Assembly (NCBI GenBank): GCA_964016885.1
Contig: OZ024740.1
Location: 360,158,001 to 360,222,000 of the forward strand
Source of the DNA: Eledone cirrhosa
Lineage: Eukaryota
Direction: 5' to 3'
DNA length: 64,000 nt
Shown here in pieces: positions 13,101-25,256 of this stretch (its first letter is position 1; each line of letters opens with the position of its first letter). A program made the translations under genes and the position numbers. The notes under the pieces are model-generated. The model saw only the letters and a program-made list of their open reading frames with translations. It did no database searches and was not told the DNA's origin.

Positions 13101-16100
13101 GGTAGAGCGGATTACTTTTAGCTAGGTACTTTTCCTGTAACTGCCTCACAAGGAAGAGGGCATCAGTGGTGCCTTTTCCTGGTACAAACCCAAATTGCAT
13201 CTCATCTAGTTTCACCCGGTCCCTAATCAACTGTGCTATAACTCTTTCCGTTACTTTCATGACCTGGTCCATCAGCTTTATACCTCTATAGTTTCCTCTA
13301 TCTAGTGCATCACCTTTACCTTTGTAGCAGTTGACAATGATGCTGCTGCACCAATCCTTTGGTATGATACCCTCTAGTATTACCTGGTTAACAATTCATG
13401 TGGTTATGGTGTGACCTACTGACCCAGATGCCTTCAGCATCTCGGCAGCTATACCCGATGGACCGGTTACCATCCCTGTCTTCGTATCTTTGATTGCCTT
13501 ACTTACTACGCTGCTGCTGACTTGTACTGCTGGCCCCTCTATAGGGTCCACTTGGGGTAGGGTCTCTTTTTCCCATGCATTCTCCTCGTTTAGTAATCTT
13601 TCATAATGGCTCTTCCACTTTCATCTCGGCACTTGTGAGGGCAAGCTCACCATTATCATTCCGGATACACTTCTCTCCAATGACATCACAATTCTCTCTG
13701 ACACACTGCCTCGCAATCTTGAACATCTCCTGTTTCTGGTCCTCACGTTGCAAAACATGCTTGAATTTTCTATCCTCTACTTCCCTTCTAGCTAAGTATA
13801 CTTGTCACCTAGCTTCTCTCCTGGTCTGTATGTAATGTACCCTGCTACCCCCATTCTTCCATTCTTTCCATGCCTGTCTCTTAGCCTTAACTGCCTCATC
13901 TACCCTATTGTTCCACCACTAAGTCATTCTCCTCCTCCCTGTGGACTTGCTCCAACCACAGATCTCGTCCGTCGCCTTTAGTAAGTTATTTTTTAGGAAC
14001 TCCCAGTGCCCTTCTACATTGAATGTCTCTATCTGTTCTTCTTTACTGTCATAGGCGTCGAGTAGAATATCTTTAAATCTGTTACTGACTCAGAGGTCTT
14101 TCAGCTTCCAGATCTTTCTTCTCCAGGTTGCCTTCTGTTTCCAAGTTCGTCTAGTTTTGACAGCGAGGTCGCTGACAACTAAGTTATGTTGGGAGGTACA
14201 TTCCTCACCAGGGAAGGCTTTTGTGTTTACAACCGTCCATCTATCATGCCCTCTGATGAGGATAAAATCTATCTGACTAGAATGCTCCCCTGATCTATAG
14301 GTGATTAGATGGTTGTCGGGTTTTTTGAAGTTTGTGTTACATATCGACATGTCATTGGTGTTGCAGAATTCCAGAAGCCTGAAGACTTCTTCATTTCTTG
14401 TGCGAAACCCGTGCCCTCCATGGACTTTATAAAAGCCATCACGGTGTTTACCTACGTGTCCGTTAAAATCTCCTGCAATGATTAGGAAGTCATTGTCATT
14501 TGTTAGGGCAGTAGTGTGCATTAGAGATTCGTAAAACCTATCCTTAAGTTCGTCTGGCAACCCTGATTGTGGCAATTGTTTTATATATATATGTATATAT
14601 ATATGTGTGTGTCTATATATATATATATATATAAGTGTACTTCGCAAGAAGGGAAGCAGAGGAAAGAAAGTTCAAGCATGTTCTACAACGCGAGGACCAA
14701 AAACGTGAGGTGTTCAGGATTGCTAGGCAATGTGTCAAGGAAAACGGTGATATTGTCGGGGAGAAGTGTGTACTTAATGATGACGGCGTACTTGCCATCA
14801 CCGACACTGATAAGAAGGTAGCTTGGAAGTGTCACTACGAAAGGCTACTAAATGAGAATAAATGGGAGAAAGACAGTCTTCCCCACATCGACCCAATAGA
14901 GGGACCAGCAGTGTTAGTCGACGGTAGTATAATAAGTAAGGCAATCAAAGATATGAAGACGGGTAAGGCGGCTGGGCCTTCGGAAATAGTTGCCGAGATG
15001 CTGAAGGCATCTGGTACGGTGGGACACACCATGGTCACCCGGATAGTTAACCAAGTCGTACAGAATGGGGTTGTTCCGAAGGACTGGCATAGCAGCATCA
15101 TCGTTAACTGTTATAAGGGTAAAGGAGATGCCCTAGATAGGAGTAACTATAGAGGCATTAAATTAATCGACCAGGTCATGAAGGTCACGGAAAAAGTAAT
15201 AGCGCAACTAATCAGAGAGAGAATTGATCTAGATGAAATGCAGTTCGGGTTTGTGTCAGGCAAAAGTACCACAGACGCTCTTTTCATTGTACGACAACTA
15301 CAGGAGAAGTACCTAGCTAAAAGTAAACCCCTATACTTAGCTTTTAGTCGACTTGGAGAAAGCCTTCGACAGAGTCCCCCGTTCCATTATCTGGTGGGCT
15401 CTTAGAAAACTAGGTGTTGACGAATGGCTTGTGAGAGCTATACAAGCCATGTATAAAGAAACAGTCGGCAAGGTTAGAATTAACAACGAATATAGTGAAG
15501 AGTTTAGCGTAAAAGTTGGCGTCCATCAGGGCTCTGTTCTCAGCCCCCTACTATTTATTATTGCCCTTCAGGCTATAACAGAGGAGTTCAAGACCGGCTG
15601 CCCATGGGAACTCCTATATGCAGATGACCTAACACTCATAGCTGAATCAATGGCCGAGCTAGAGAAGAAATTCCAAACATGGAAGCACGGCCTAGAATCA
15701 AAAGGCCTTAAAATTAACCTGGCTAAGACTAAAGTTCTAGTTTGTAAGAAAGAAAATAAGGCGGCAGTCCCTTCCGGGAAGTGGCCATGCTCAGTGTGTA
15801 GGAAAGGCGTAGGTAGAAACTCCATTTTGTGTCCCAAATGCAAAGTATGGGTGCATAAAAGATGTAGTGGGATCACAGGTAAGCTAACTAAGAACATAGA
15901 TTTTACATGTGGCCGGTGCTCTGGTGCAATAAGTAGCAGCAAGTGCCCACAAAATACTAGCTCTTTCAACTGCGCAGAGGGTTCTATAGAAATAGTGAAC
16001 AGCTTCCGTTACCTGGGTGACAAAATCAGCAGTGGGGGAGGGTGCTCTGAAAGTACAGTAGCTAGAGTCAGAACTGGATGGAAAAAGTTCAGAGAGCTTA

Positions 16101-17353
16101 TACCACTATTAGCCGCTAAAGGGTTCTCCCTAAAAATGAAAGGCAGGTTGTATGATGCCTGCATACGAACAGCAATGTTGCATGGCAGTGAGACCTGGGC
16201 ATTGTGTGCAGAGGATATACGCAGACTAGAGAGGAACGAAGCTTGCATGCTCCGCTGGATGTGTAATAGTAATATACGTGAACGGCAAAGCATAAACGAA
16301 CTAAGGAAAAAATTAGAAGTAAGAGGGATCAGATGTTGGTATGGTCACGTGATGCGCATGAAAGACGATAGCTGTATAACAAAGTGCAGGGCAATAAAGA
16401 TAGACGGTAGCCACGGAATAGGCAGACCCAGAAAAACCTGGGACGAGCTGATAAATTCCGACCTCACACACTTACACCTCTTCAAGACAATGTCACTGGA
16501 CCGAGACCTTTGGTGGTACTCAGTAATAGAGAAGACCCGCCTTACCTAAATACAAAGTAAAACCTACTACAGTCAGTAGGCATCTCTAACAAAATACACC
16601 CCCGTCCCACCACCCCCACCCCATCCACACCGCCCCTTTCAATGTAAAGTTATGTTGGTGCCGCGCCATCCAGGCCGAAACAAATGAGATCGTGTAGGTG
16701 TCACGACAAAAAAACACACAGTCCACGCTGTAATGTGGCCGTGTAGGCAACACGGTAAAAACCTCCCAGACCCCCACTGTAAATGTGGTTGGTGTTAGGA
16801 AGGGCATCCAGCTGTAGAAAACCCGCCAGACAGTCCACGCTGTAATGTGGCCGTGTAGGCCACCCGGTAATAACCTCCCAGCCCCACACTGTAAATGTGG
16901 TTGGTGTTAGGAAGGGAATCCAGCTGTAGAAAACCCGCCAGACAGTCCTATGCGAGCAAGACAATCACTCTTGCCTCAAGTGGGAAAACCCCCGTCCAAA
17001 CCCATGCAAGCGTGGAACACAGACGTTAAACGTTGATGATGATGATGATGATGATATCATCATCACCGTTTAAGGTCCATTTCTCATGCTAGCATGGGTT
17101 AGATGAGTTGTCCCATTTGAGACAAGTGTGATCAGGTGACCATATCTTGTACATACAGAGCTGGCTTCTACAGCTGGATGCCCTTCCTAATATCAACCAC
17201 ATTTACAGTTTGTACTGGGTGCTTATATATATATATATATGTCTGATCAAGGTATGGTGGGGCCAGCTGGCCAGACTTTACTCATAACGTGGACGACCTG
17301 TCTAACTCATGCAAGCATGGAAAATGGACATTAAACAATGATGACGATATATA

Positions 17354-17395
<42 letters not shown>

Positions 17396-20300
17396 AGAGC
17401 AGTGACTCCAATTAAAAACGACTGCACAAGGGAGACGTGGGCTCTATAAGCTGTAGTAAAGGCAACTCGTTTAGGAGAGACATTCCAAATAAAAACTAAC
17501 AACCTCTTTAGTGCTGGTGGTACGAATAATGTACCCAGTCCACACTGTAAGGTGGTTGGTCATAGGAAGGGCATCCAGCCAGAAAAACCCTGCCAAAATA
17601 TGAACAGTACAACAAACATAACTCACACAAATTGCATATACAGGATTAACACTAGTCATGTTAGTGCTGCACATGGTAGTGGGGTGTCCAGAGTAGCCAT
17701 ATGTGAGAACCCCTTGATCATCATCAAGCAATTGCACAACCCTTTTCCCTTTTAGATACATAGAACTTCTGTCTAAGGATATAACAACTGGCACCCTGAA
17801 TGGTAAATCAGGTTAAATTGTGGAGCAAAAGAGAGGAGTGGATACATGCTGTGCACATGCTGCCTCAGCAAGACTACTGGCAGGCAAACAGCTTAGATAC
17901 ACACTTTACTGGATAGGAAATGATGATGTTAGAGGTGTAGGCATCATACTAGCTGAGAAATGGGCAGATAAAGTGATAGAAGTAGTTAGAGTAACTGACA
18001 GAATTATCAAGCTTAGATTAGCAGTAGGAAATAGAATGGTGGACTGAGTAAAGAACAAAAAGACAGGTTCTATGAACTTTTACAGATGACTACAGGTACC
18101 GATAAAGGTGACCTCATCATCCTGGCAGGTGACTCCAATGGAATTGTGGGGCAGTACCAGGACAGATTCAGTGGAGTTCCCAGTGGCCATGATTATGGCT
18201 CAAGAAATGAAGAGGGAGAGGGAATTCTGTGATGTAAATAAACTAACCATTTGCAACACAAATTTCAGGAAACCAGCAAGCCACTTGATCTTATATCAAT
18301 CACGCAAACACAAAAGCCAAATTGATTATTTATTTGTAAGACAACAGGACAAATGGACTATAATAAATACTAATGCCTTCCCTGGGAAAGAATGCACCAC
18401 TCAACACAAGTTAGTTATTAGTGACATCAAAATAAGCCCAAGACAGAACAAGATAGGCAGGAAAATATGGAATTAGAGGGTTTGGAAGCTAAAGGACCAC
18501 TCGGTTAAATATAGGTTTAGAAAGGTCCTACAGGATGCATTTGATGACAGAAGAAATTATCTAGATATCTATGATGTAGAGGATAACTGGAAATTCTTGC
18601 ACAACAACCTTTTGCAAACTACTGATGAGACTTGTGGCTGGAGTAGAGCACCAGCCAGACAGAGGGTGACCTGGTGGTGGAACAGCTTAGTGGATAGAGA
18701 CATCAAAGCCAGGAGACAGGCTTGGAAAGACTGGAAAAATTGGGGTAGGAGAGACTGATACCAGGTAGTTAAGAGAGAAGTTAGATGACAAGTATACACA
18801 GTTCAGAGAGAGGTTGAAGAAAGAAAGTTTGCTAGTGTCTTGAGACATGAGGATCAGAGATGTGAAGTGTTCTGCACTGCAAGGCAGAGTGTCAATGTGA
18901 ATCGTGATGTTGTTGGGGAAAAATTTTGACACCACTGCATTTAGCACCACTGATGCTCAAAAGAAAAAGGCCTGGAAATATTACTATGAGAGACTGATGA
19001 ATGCAGAGAAACTAACCCCAACCCACCCAACAGAGGAGCCAGCCATTGAAGTTGACAGTTATACGGTTAAAGAAGCAACCAAGGAGATGAAAAATGATAA
19101 AGCTGCGGGACCATCAAAGATAGTTGCCGAGATGCTAAAAGCATCGAGAGAAGTAGGAGTTAAACTAGTAACCCACACATTCAATTAGGTAATACAGGAT
19201 GGTGTCATATCCAATGACTGGCACAACAGTACAATTGTAAATTGCAACAAGGGTAAAGGTGATGACCTAGAAAAGAACAACTACAGAAGAAGAAAACTAA
19301 CGGACCAAGTCGTGAAAGTGATGGAAAGAGTTATTGCGCAGCTAATTACGGAAAGAGTCAAACTAGATGAAATGCAGTTTGGTTTCATGCCTGGGAAAAG
19401 TACTACAAATGCCTTCTTTTTAGTAAGGTGACTACATGAGTTCTTAGCCAAAAATAAGCCACTATACCTAGCTTTCATTGATCAAGAAAAAGCATTTGAC
19501 AGACTTAAAGAAATTAGGTGTAGAAGAAAGCTTGGTGAGAGCAGTGCAAGCCATGTACAGAAGATCTGTCAGCAAAGTGAGAGTAGGAAGTGAGTTTAGT
19601 GAGGAATTCAAGGTACAAGTAGGAGTTCATCAGGATTCGGTTCTTAGTCTACTACTATTCATTATAGTTCTCTCGGTTATAACAGAGGAGCATAAGACCA
19701 GCTGCCCATGGGAACTTTTCTATGCAGATAATTTGGTCCTTATAGGCGAATCTATTAAAGAACTAGAAAATAAGTTCCAACTATGGAAACAGAATTTAGA
19801 ATCAAAAGGCCTAAAAATAAACTTATCCAAAGCTAAAGTCGTAGTGAGTAGGAGAGAAAATAGGACCCTGATTCTTTCAGGGAAGTAGCCCTGCTCAATA
19901 CGTAGAAAGGGAGTAAGCATAAACTCCATATGATGTATACAAGAAATGTAGTGGGATAACATGTAGATCAAGAGGTAGTGAAGATTTTGTTTGTAGATGC
20001 ACAGGGGTAACTGAAAGAATGGGAGCCAGTGATGTAAACCTATTCCAGTCACATGAAGAACCCATAGAAGTGGTTCATAGCTTTTGCTATCTAGTTGACA
20101 TAATTAGCAAGGGAGGAGGGTGTTCCGAGAGCATAATAGCTAGAGTAAAGATAAGATGGAAAAAGTTTAGAGAGCTACTCCCACTATTGACTACAAAAGG
20201 TGTAGTGGTATAGCAGGCAGCCTAACAGATAGCTGGTATTAAGAGCACCAGTGAAATAAACTTGTTCCTATTGGGAAGGTATCACAAAAGTAATTAATCA

Positions 20301-21914
20301 TTTCTGTTACCTAAGTGATCTAATTTATTAGTGGAAGGGGTTGCTCTGAAAGCATAGTAGTTAGAATAAGGACAGGCTTGAAAAAATTCAGAGAACTATT
20401 TTCTCTGTTGACAACAAAGGTCAGGCTGTGTGATGTCTGTGTGAGAAATGCAATGTTGTATGGCAGTGAGACATGGGTGGAGAATGTACATATATGAAAG
20501 CTAGAGAGAAATGAAGCAGGCATGCTCTATTAGATAATTGTTTCTACTTTAGGCACAAGGCCAGCAATTATCCAATACATTACTGGTACTTTATTTTATC
20601 GACCCTGTAAGGATGAAAGGCAAAGTTAACCTCGGCGGGATTTGAACTCAGACTGTAAAGGGACGTAACTATGCTTGAAAGCATGGCGTCCAACCCTCTA
20701 CCGATACTGCCAATTCACCGCCTATTAGATAATTCACATGCTCTATTTGATAATGCGCATAAATGATGGAGCACAGATGCACTGAGAGAAAAATTAGGTG
20801 AAAGAGGAATCAGATCTAGTGTGCAAGAGAGATGAACATGCTGGTATGGATATGTGATGCATATGGATGATGGTCATTGGGTGAGAAAGTCCCAGGAGTT
20901 TCTAATGGATCGGAGCTACAGTAGAGTAAACCCAAGGGAAACCTGGGCAGAAGTGATCGCAAATGATTGAACCTCACCAAGGAGATGACAAGGGAACACA
21001 ATGAATTGCAGGCTGTACAAGAGAAGACCTGTCCAATCTATGCAAGCATAAAAAAACAAATGTAAAATGATGAGATGAGACTCAACAAAAGTGAAATAGC
21101 AAACAGTCTGTTTTCAGATTTGTATTTTCTCTCTAAAGGTTGCAACTGCATTAAGGTGAATAAAATCCAACAAGGTTAACTATCAAACCTTCTGTTGTCA
21201 GACCTGTATGCTCTCTCTTGAAGATATAACCACCAAAATGTTTTTTAGAGAAATATAGAATTAATTCATATGTTCTAGGGTGATTTTAACCCTCTCACAT
21301 AGGTGGAGAGATATAGCTGATTAAATCAGATCCCAGTATTTTATTGGTACTTTCAGTATGCTTTGGTTGTCGTATGATAATAAGCAGGAACATTGTAGCA
21401 TGGGTGAACTAAGAGAGAAGACTGCACTAGTATGGACATGAGGAGGTGTGTATAGATAATGATCATTGGATGAAGAAGTTTAGGAGTTCCTAGTAGAAGG
21501 AAGTTACAGAAGACAAAGGAAGACATAGGCAGAAGTGATGAGAGCATATTTCAAAACACTGAACCTCACAGAGGAAATGAGAAAGGAATACAACAAATTG
21601 AGGGAGACTGTGCTGGAAAAGACCTGCTCAACCCATGCTAGTATGAAAAAAGATGATGATGATGATGTTACCAGCCACCAGAAGGATGAAGAGCAAAGTC
21701 AACATTGGCAGGATTTAAACACAGAATAAGTGATATAATTAAATACTATAAAAAAGACAGAGACTCACGTTAGCCATCGGTCAATACAAGACTTGCAGAA
21801 TCGATGGCCACATTCAGTCTGCATGGGTTCACATAGGATGAGAAGGCAGATAGGACACTCATATTTAGTGTCAGGTGTTGGCTCAAATTCATAATCAAAC
21901 CCATCTCTTGCCAT
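6059..21914 (-). CDS. TRAF6: TNF receptor-associated factor 6 (spliced CDS, 6 coding exons, ~556 aa from the ATG at 21914; an upstream exon may extend the N-terminus)
   Basis: Exons 21769-21937, 11309-11465, 10686-10847, 10258-10329, 8954-9031 and 6059-7114 join in frame with GT-AG boundaries. The product has a RING ([17 protein letters not shown]), TRAF zinc fingers and a MATH domain with the TRAF6-type [15 protein letters not shown] motif. Confidence 0.93.
7470..7990 (+). mobile_element. Degraded RTE LINE 3' fragment in the last TRAF6 intron
   Basis: [25 protein letters not shown]...[13 protein letters not shown]...WYGYV, then a GRPKK-like motif. Confidence 0.75.
8954..9031 (-). CDS. TRAF6: TRAF6 zinc-finger exon (78 nt)
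   Basis: Acceptor ttgcag|GTA, donor GAG|gtaagt. Translates [26 protein letters not shown], phase 0/0. Confidence 0.91.
10034..10219 (+). mobile_element. Full-length tRNA-derived SINE (Nin/Deu-like core) with ~16-bp TSD
   Basis: B-box gagttcaaatcc; core gcctttcatccttacggggtcgataaaataaagtacc; attattttcaaacaag at both 10018-10033 and 10218-10233. Further copies at 20540, 22567 and 42908. Confidence 0.88.
10258..10329 (-). CDS. TRAF6: TRAF6 zinc-finger exon (72 nt)
   Basis: Acceptor ttttag|GAA, donor ATG|gtaaga. Translates [24 protein letters not shown], phase 0/0. Confidence 0.9.
10686..10847 (-). CDS. TRAF6: TRAF6 zinc-finger exon (162 nt)
   Basis: Acceptor tttcag|GAC, weak donor GGG|gtacac. 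Translates [17 protein letters not shown]...[16 protein letters not shown]...EDYG. Confidence 0.88.
10876..11250. repeat. Minisatellite, ~38-bp unit, ~9-10 copies, inside a TRAF6 intron
   Basis: Unit aacaaggtacaccccaccaacacaccagatgtcacact repeated head to tail. Confidence 0.9.
11309..11465 (-). CDS. TRAF6: TRAF6 exon, RING end plus zinc finger 1 (157 nt)
   Basis: Acceptor cacag|A, donor GAA|gtgagt. [10 protein letters not shown]...[25 protein letters not shown] matches the TRAF6 LFPDNFAKREILSL motif. Confidence 0.93.
11605..14577 (-). mobile_element. RTE LINE family B, 5'-truncated and frameshifted (partial APE, RT, PHD)
   Basis: AGDFNGHVG and SQIDFILI (APE); [30 protein letters not shown] and YVDD (RT); [23 protein letters not shown]; (GAT)n tail at 11605. 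Confidence 0.93.
14633..17055 (+). mobile_element. RTE LINE family A copy 1 (5'-truncated, 1 frameshift, 24-nt deletion, 112-bp UTR duplication)
   Basis: ORFs 14635-15405 and 15353-16549 carry RT motifs with YADD; (GAT)n tail; starts at a (TA)n tract. Confidence 0.95.
17056..17225 (-). mobile_element. RTE/SINE 3' tail fragment, tail-to-tail with copy A1
   Basis: atcatcatcaccgttt..catgctagcatgggttag..ctggatgcccttcctaa, the reverse complement of the shared 3' module. Confidence 0.7.
17500..21075 (+). mobile_element. Old, heavily mutated near-full-length RTE LINE(s) with a nested SINE
   Basis: APE remnants ([24 protein letters not shown]), RT remnants ([24 protein letters not shown]), a decayed PHD and many stops. 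Confidence 0.85.
20540..20722 (-). mobile_element. tRNA-derived SINE (same family as 10034) with ~12-13-bp TSD
   Basis: Reverse complement of the 10034 copy; ctattagataatt on both sides. Confidence 0.88.
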
Positions 21915-21937
21915 TGTAGACAAAGTTGTTTCATCAC
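21769..21937 (-). CDS. TRAF6: TRAF6 RING exon (169 nt)
   Basis: Acceptor tctgttag|GT, donor AC|gtgagt. Translates [55 protein letters not shown]. Not in the ORF track. Confidence 0.92.
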
Positions 21938-22141
21938 CTAACAGATCAAATACAGAAGAAAAAATATTTAATCAAAAAATAAAAATATTATAATGGATTT
22001 TGAAGCAATTTTAAAAGTATTGTGATAAGTTTTAAAACCCAGACAATACATATAATGAAAACAGAATATTATGGTTTATATTAAAAAAATTTCATTATTA
22101 AAAGATCCTTTTCAATACATCTTGTCTATCTGTCTCTCTAA

Positions 22142-22349
22142 CCCTTTAATGTTCAAACCGACCAGAATTCTCTACCTCTTTCTGTTCAAACTGGCTGTAA
22201 CCGGTCGCTCAAACTGATGTTAAGGTATTGTTCTCAAAATAAATACTTTCAAAATCTCATAGATTCGATATTATGAGATAATTATGTGAGGTAAAGCCTT
22301 TACCATGAAAATATAAGAGTATATATAGAATAATGTGAATGCTAAAGGG
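22142..22349. mobile_element. piggyBac-type MITE copy 1
   Basis: Termini ccctttaatgttca / tgaatgctaaaggg, TTAA on the right and ctaa on the left; homologous to 27910-28118. Confidence 0.72.
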
Positions 22350-22479
22350 TTAATCTATCACATCGATCTATGTCAGACTATATCTCCATCTACCTTCATA
22401 ACCTATCTCAACTAATTATCTACCCATATAACCTAAACCACTTAACAATTTATCTGTTAGCCTGTCCAGCCAACCAATC

Positions 22480-22854
22480 TATTTATCTATCAAACTGATC
22501 ATCTGCCTATCTACTTATCTACCTATCATCATCATCATGTATATATATGCACGTGATATATATATATAATTGTTTCTACTTTAGGCACAAGGCCAGCAAT
22601 TACCCAGTACATTACTGGTACTTTATTTTATCGACCCCGTAAGGATGAAAGGCAAAGTTAACCTCGGCGGGATTAACTTTGCCTTTCATCCTTACGGGGT
22701 CGATAAAATAAAGTACCAGTAATGTACTGGGTAATTGCTGGCCTTGTGCCTAAAGTAGAAACAATTATATATATATATCACGTGCATATATATACATGAT
22801 GATGATGATAGGTAGATAAGTAGATAGGCAGATGATCAGTTTGATAGATAAATA
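22480..22854. repeat. Perfect 182-bp palindrome with an 11-nt spacer (SINE 3' half plus flank)
   Basis: 22480-22661 reads as the reverse complement of 22673-22854; spacer cctcggcggga. Confidence 0.93.
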
Positions 22855-22865
22855 TATATATAATA

Positions 22866-23073
22866 AGTGGTCGTGTAGGTGTCACAACAAAAAAAGCACC
22901 CAGTCCACACTGTAAACGTGGTTGGCGTTAGGAAGGGCATCCAGTCGTAGAAAACCAACCAGAAACAGTTCTATACGAGTGAGATACAGTCACCCGACCG
23001 ATCTTGCCTCAAGTGGGAGAAACCCGCCAAACCCATGCTAGCATGGAAGATAGACGTTAAACGATGATGATGA
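22866..23073 (+). mobile_element. RTE 3' UTR/tail fragment
   Basis: gtgtaggtgtcacaac..gttaggaagggcatccag..cccatgctagcatgg..gacgttaaacgatgatgatga. Confidence 0.75.
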
Positions 23074-25256
23074 ATATCTCTCATATCTTCTACATGTAAC
23101 ATAAACACATTGAGCTCTGTATAAAACTATTTGACAATCATATACTCTCCTATATAGCTCTCTACATGCAAATAGAGTTACAAGAGTATTAATGGAAAAT
23201 TTAATTTATTTCATCCAAAACCCATGCTTATTCTTTTACACATGTTTCGAAAGATATATGAATTCCATTCTTTGAAATGTTGGGAAACATTTCGCATAGT
23301 CTATGTCTATCTATAGGCGTAGATATATGGCTATAGAGTCATGTTCCTTCTTTTCAGAGAGATGATAAAAGTTTTTATAATAAATAGGGTTGTGAAAGAA
23401 ATATCGATTTTACTTTTAGCAGGAATGTTTGACATAAAGCATGCATTTCAAGTATAGATTTTATGAGTTTTATTTTTCTTTCCGTTGGTCGTATGCTAAC
23501 ATCTTTACTCACATTAGAAGGATAAAAAAAAATTCATTTAAAAACCAAAAAAACAACTTATATCACTTTTAGTAAAGGGAGACAATTCATGGAAACTAAC
23601 CTTAGAATTTTGATCGTGGGATTAAGTAAACCAATTTTAAATAATTTACATTTACCACCAACCAATAACATTTAAATAAGGAAGCAATATCGGATACACA
23701 CAGTATCTTCATATAGATATGCACACACACACACATAATTGCATATTTTATTACACTCCTCCCATCCATGTATATAAGTGCATATAGAATTTATAGATAT
23801 ATATCATCATCACCGTTTAACGTCTATTTTCCCTAGGTGCATGTATTAAGATGTAAACCCAGATTCATTCTCACCATTTATGTATACACACATATATATC
23901 TCAGGATGTATTCAGTATGAAACTGGTTAGACCATTACTCAACAAAGTACTTGATACACTTGGGATAGTAGAGTATGGTTATATTATAAAGAATCGGCAA
24001 GTGCTCAGCAGTCATAGTCCTGACGCTTTATAATATATATATAAATGGGATATACTTTCCAGCGCAAATGCATATCGGAGTGGATTGAAGTACTGCAGGT
24101 TATGTAACCTTGAGCTATTTTACATACTAAAATCCAAAAACAAACTACTTAACGATAGAATTGAACGATCATTATACTGCAACCACAAACTAAAAGCTAA
24201 ATTCTCTCACTATAAAATAACTTAACATTCGAACCCGTAACTACAACACCACTTTCTAGCTAACAACCTTCTCTTCCCCCTACACTACAAGACAATACAC
24301 TGCTTATCACTATACATGGTAACTCAGTACAATTCCTAGATTACTACTACAAAACCAAAAGTTCACTCACTACACATACTTTATCTGTCCCCTCTCTACA
24401 TCCATTACACTCTCTCTCTCTCACCTTTGACCTACCTCCCTCCCAACATCTATGAACCTGCCCTCTGGGGCAATAAATAATTCCGACCTCAACTATCTAC
24501 GCATCTCTCCAAAAGTATCTAATAAAACCCCTACCATAACATTTTGATTAAGATATCTACTAGCCACTCTCTCCTACTTCCCCAACCCCTGCATATCTTT
24601 CCTTCTCTCTCCTTCTTCCCTACTTTTCTCTCTTCCTGTTCCACTCTATCTTCCCCAACAACCCCACTTAAGGGTTTTTATATTGTACATTTAGCAGTAT
24701 TAGTTGTAGATGTTATCGCCACTTTAGCAGGGTGGTAGAATCAGTGGTCGTTAGTTGCCAGTGTGGTAAGTGATAGTATCCTCGTTGGATTATCTTGTCG
24801 ACATAGACGTGAGGGAAGGTCCCTCGATCTATTTACCATCTATTTACAATATTCCTTTCGTCAGGTCGCCAATTCCAGCAGCATGGATTAAAGATGTCAT
24901 TGAGACACGAGTAACATAACAACGACTTCAACCGCAGTAATTAGAGATGAAATGTTTGTTTATTTATATGGTTGAAGTTACAGATAAAAAGATGTTACAA
25001 AAGAGAATGTGCCATTGCGCCGTTAAGCCGGCGAGGCTAGTGGTGCAATATCTCACTGTTACATTATGCGTGTTGCTGGCTCGAAGTTTCTGGTACAAGC
25101 TAGAGATTCTTCAAATCTTCGCGGGGAATTTCTTCCTCAGGGCGCGTAGGGATACATCCTCTTCTACTGGCGCTTATTGGCTGAACTGAGCCAAATCACG
25201 CACAGAGAATGTATGTGAGCCCGCGGAATGTAGGTCACTACATACATTTACCATTC

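Noticed and set aside
23915-23935. GAAACTGGTTAGA as a hammerhead 3' half
   Set aside because: No upstream CUGANGA; too short to support.
24855-24870. CTGACGA on the minus strand (also CTGATGA near 32570 and CTGAGGA near 25135) as hammerhead cores
   Set aside because: No correctly placed GAAA-stem III-UH or pairing stem I.
25122-25133. NF-kB-like site GGGGAATTTC upstream of TRAF6
   Set aside because: Single imperfect 10-mer, the transcription start is unknown and the region may be mobile-element derived.
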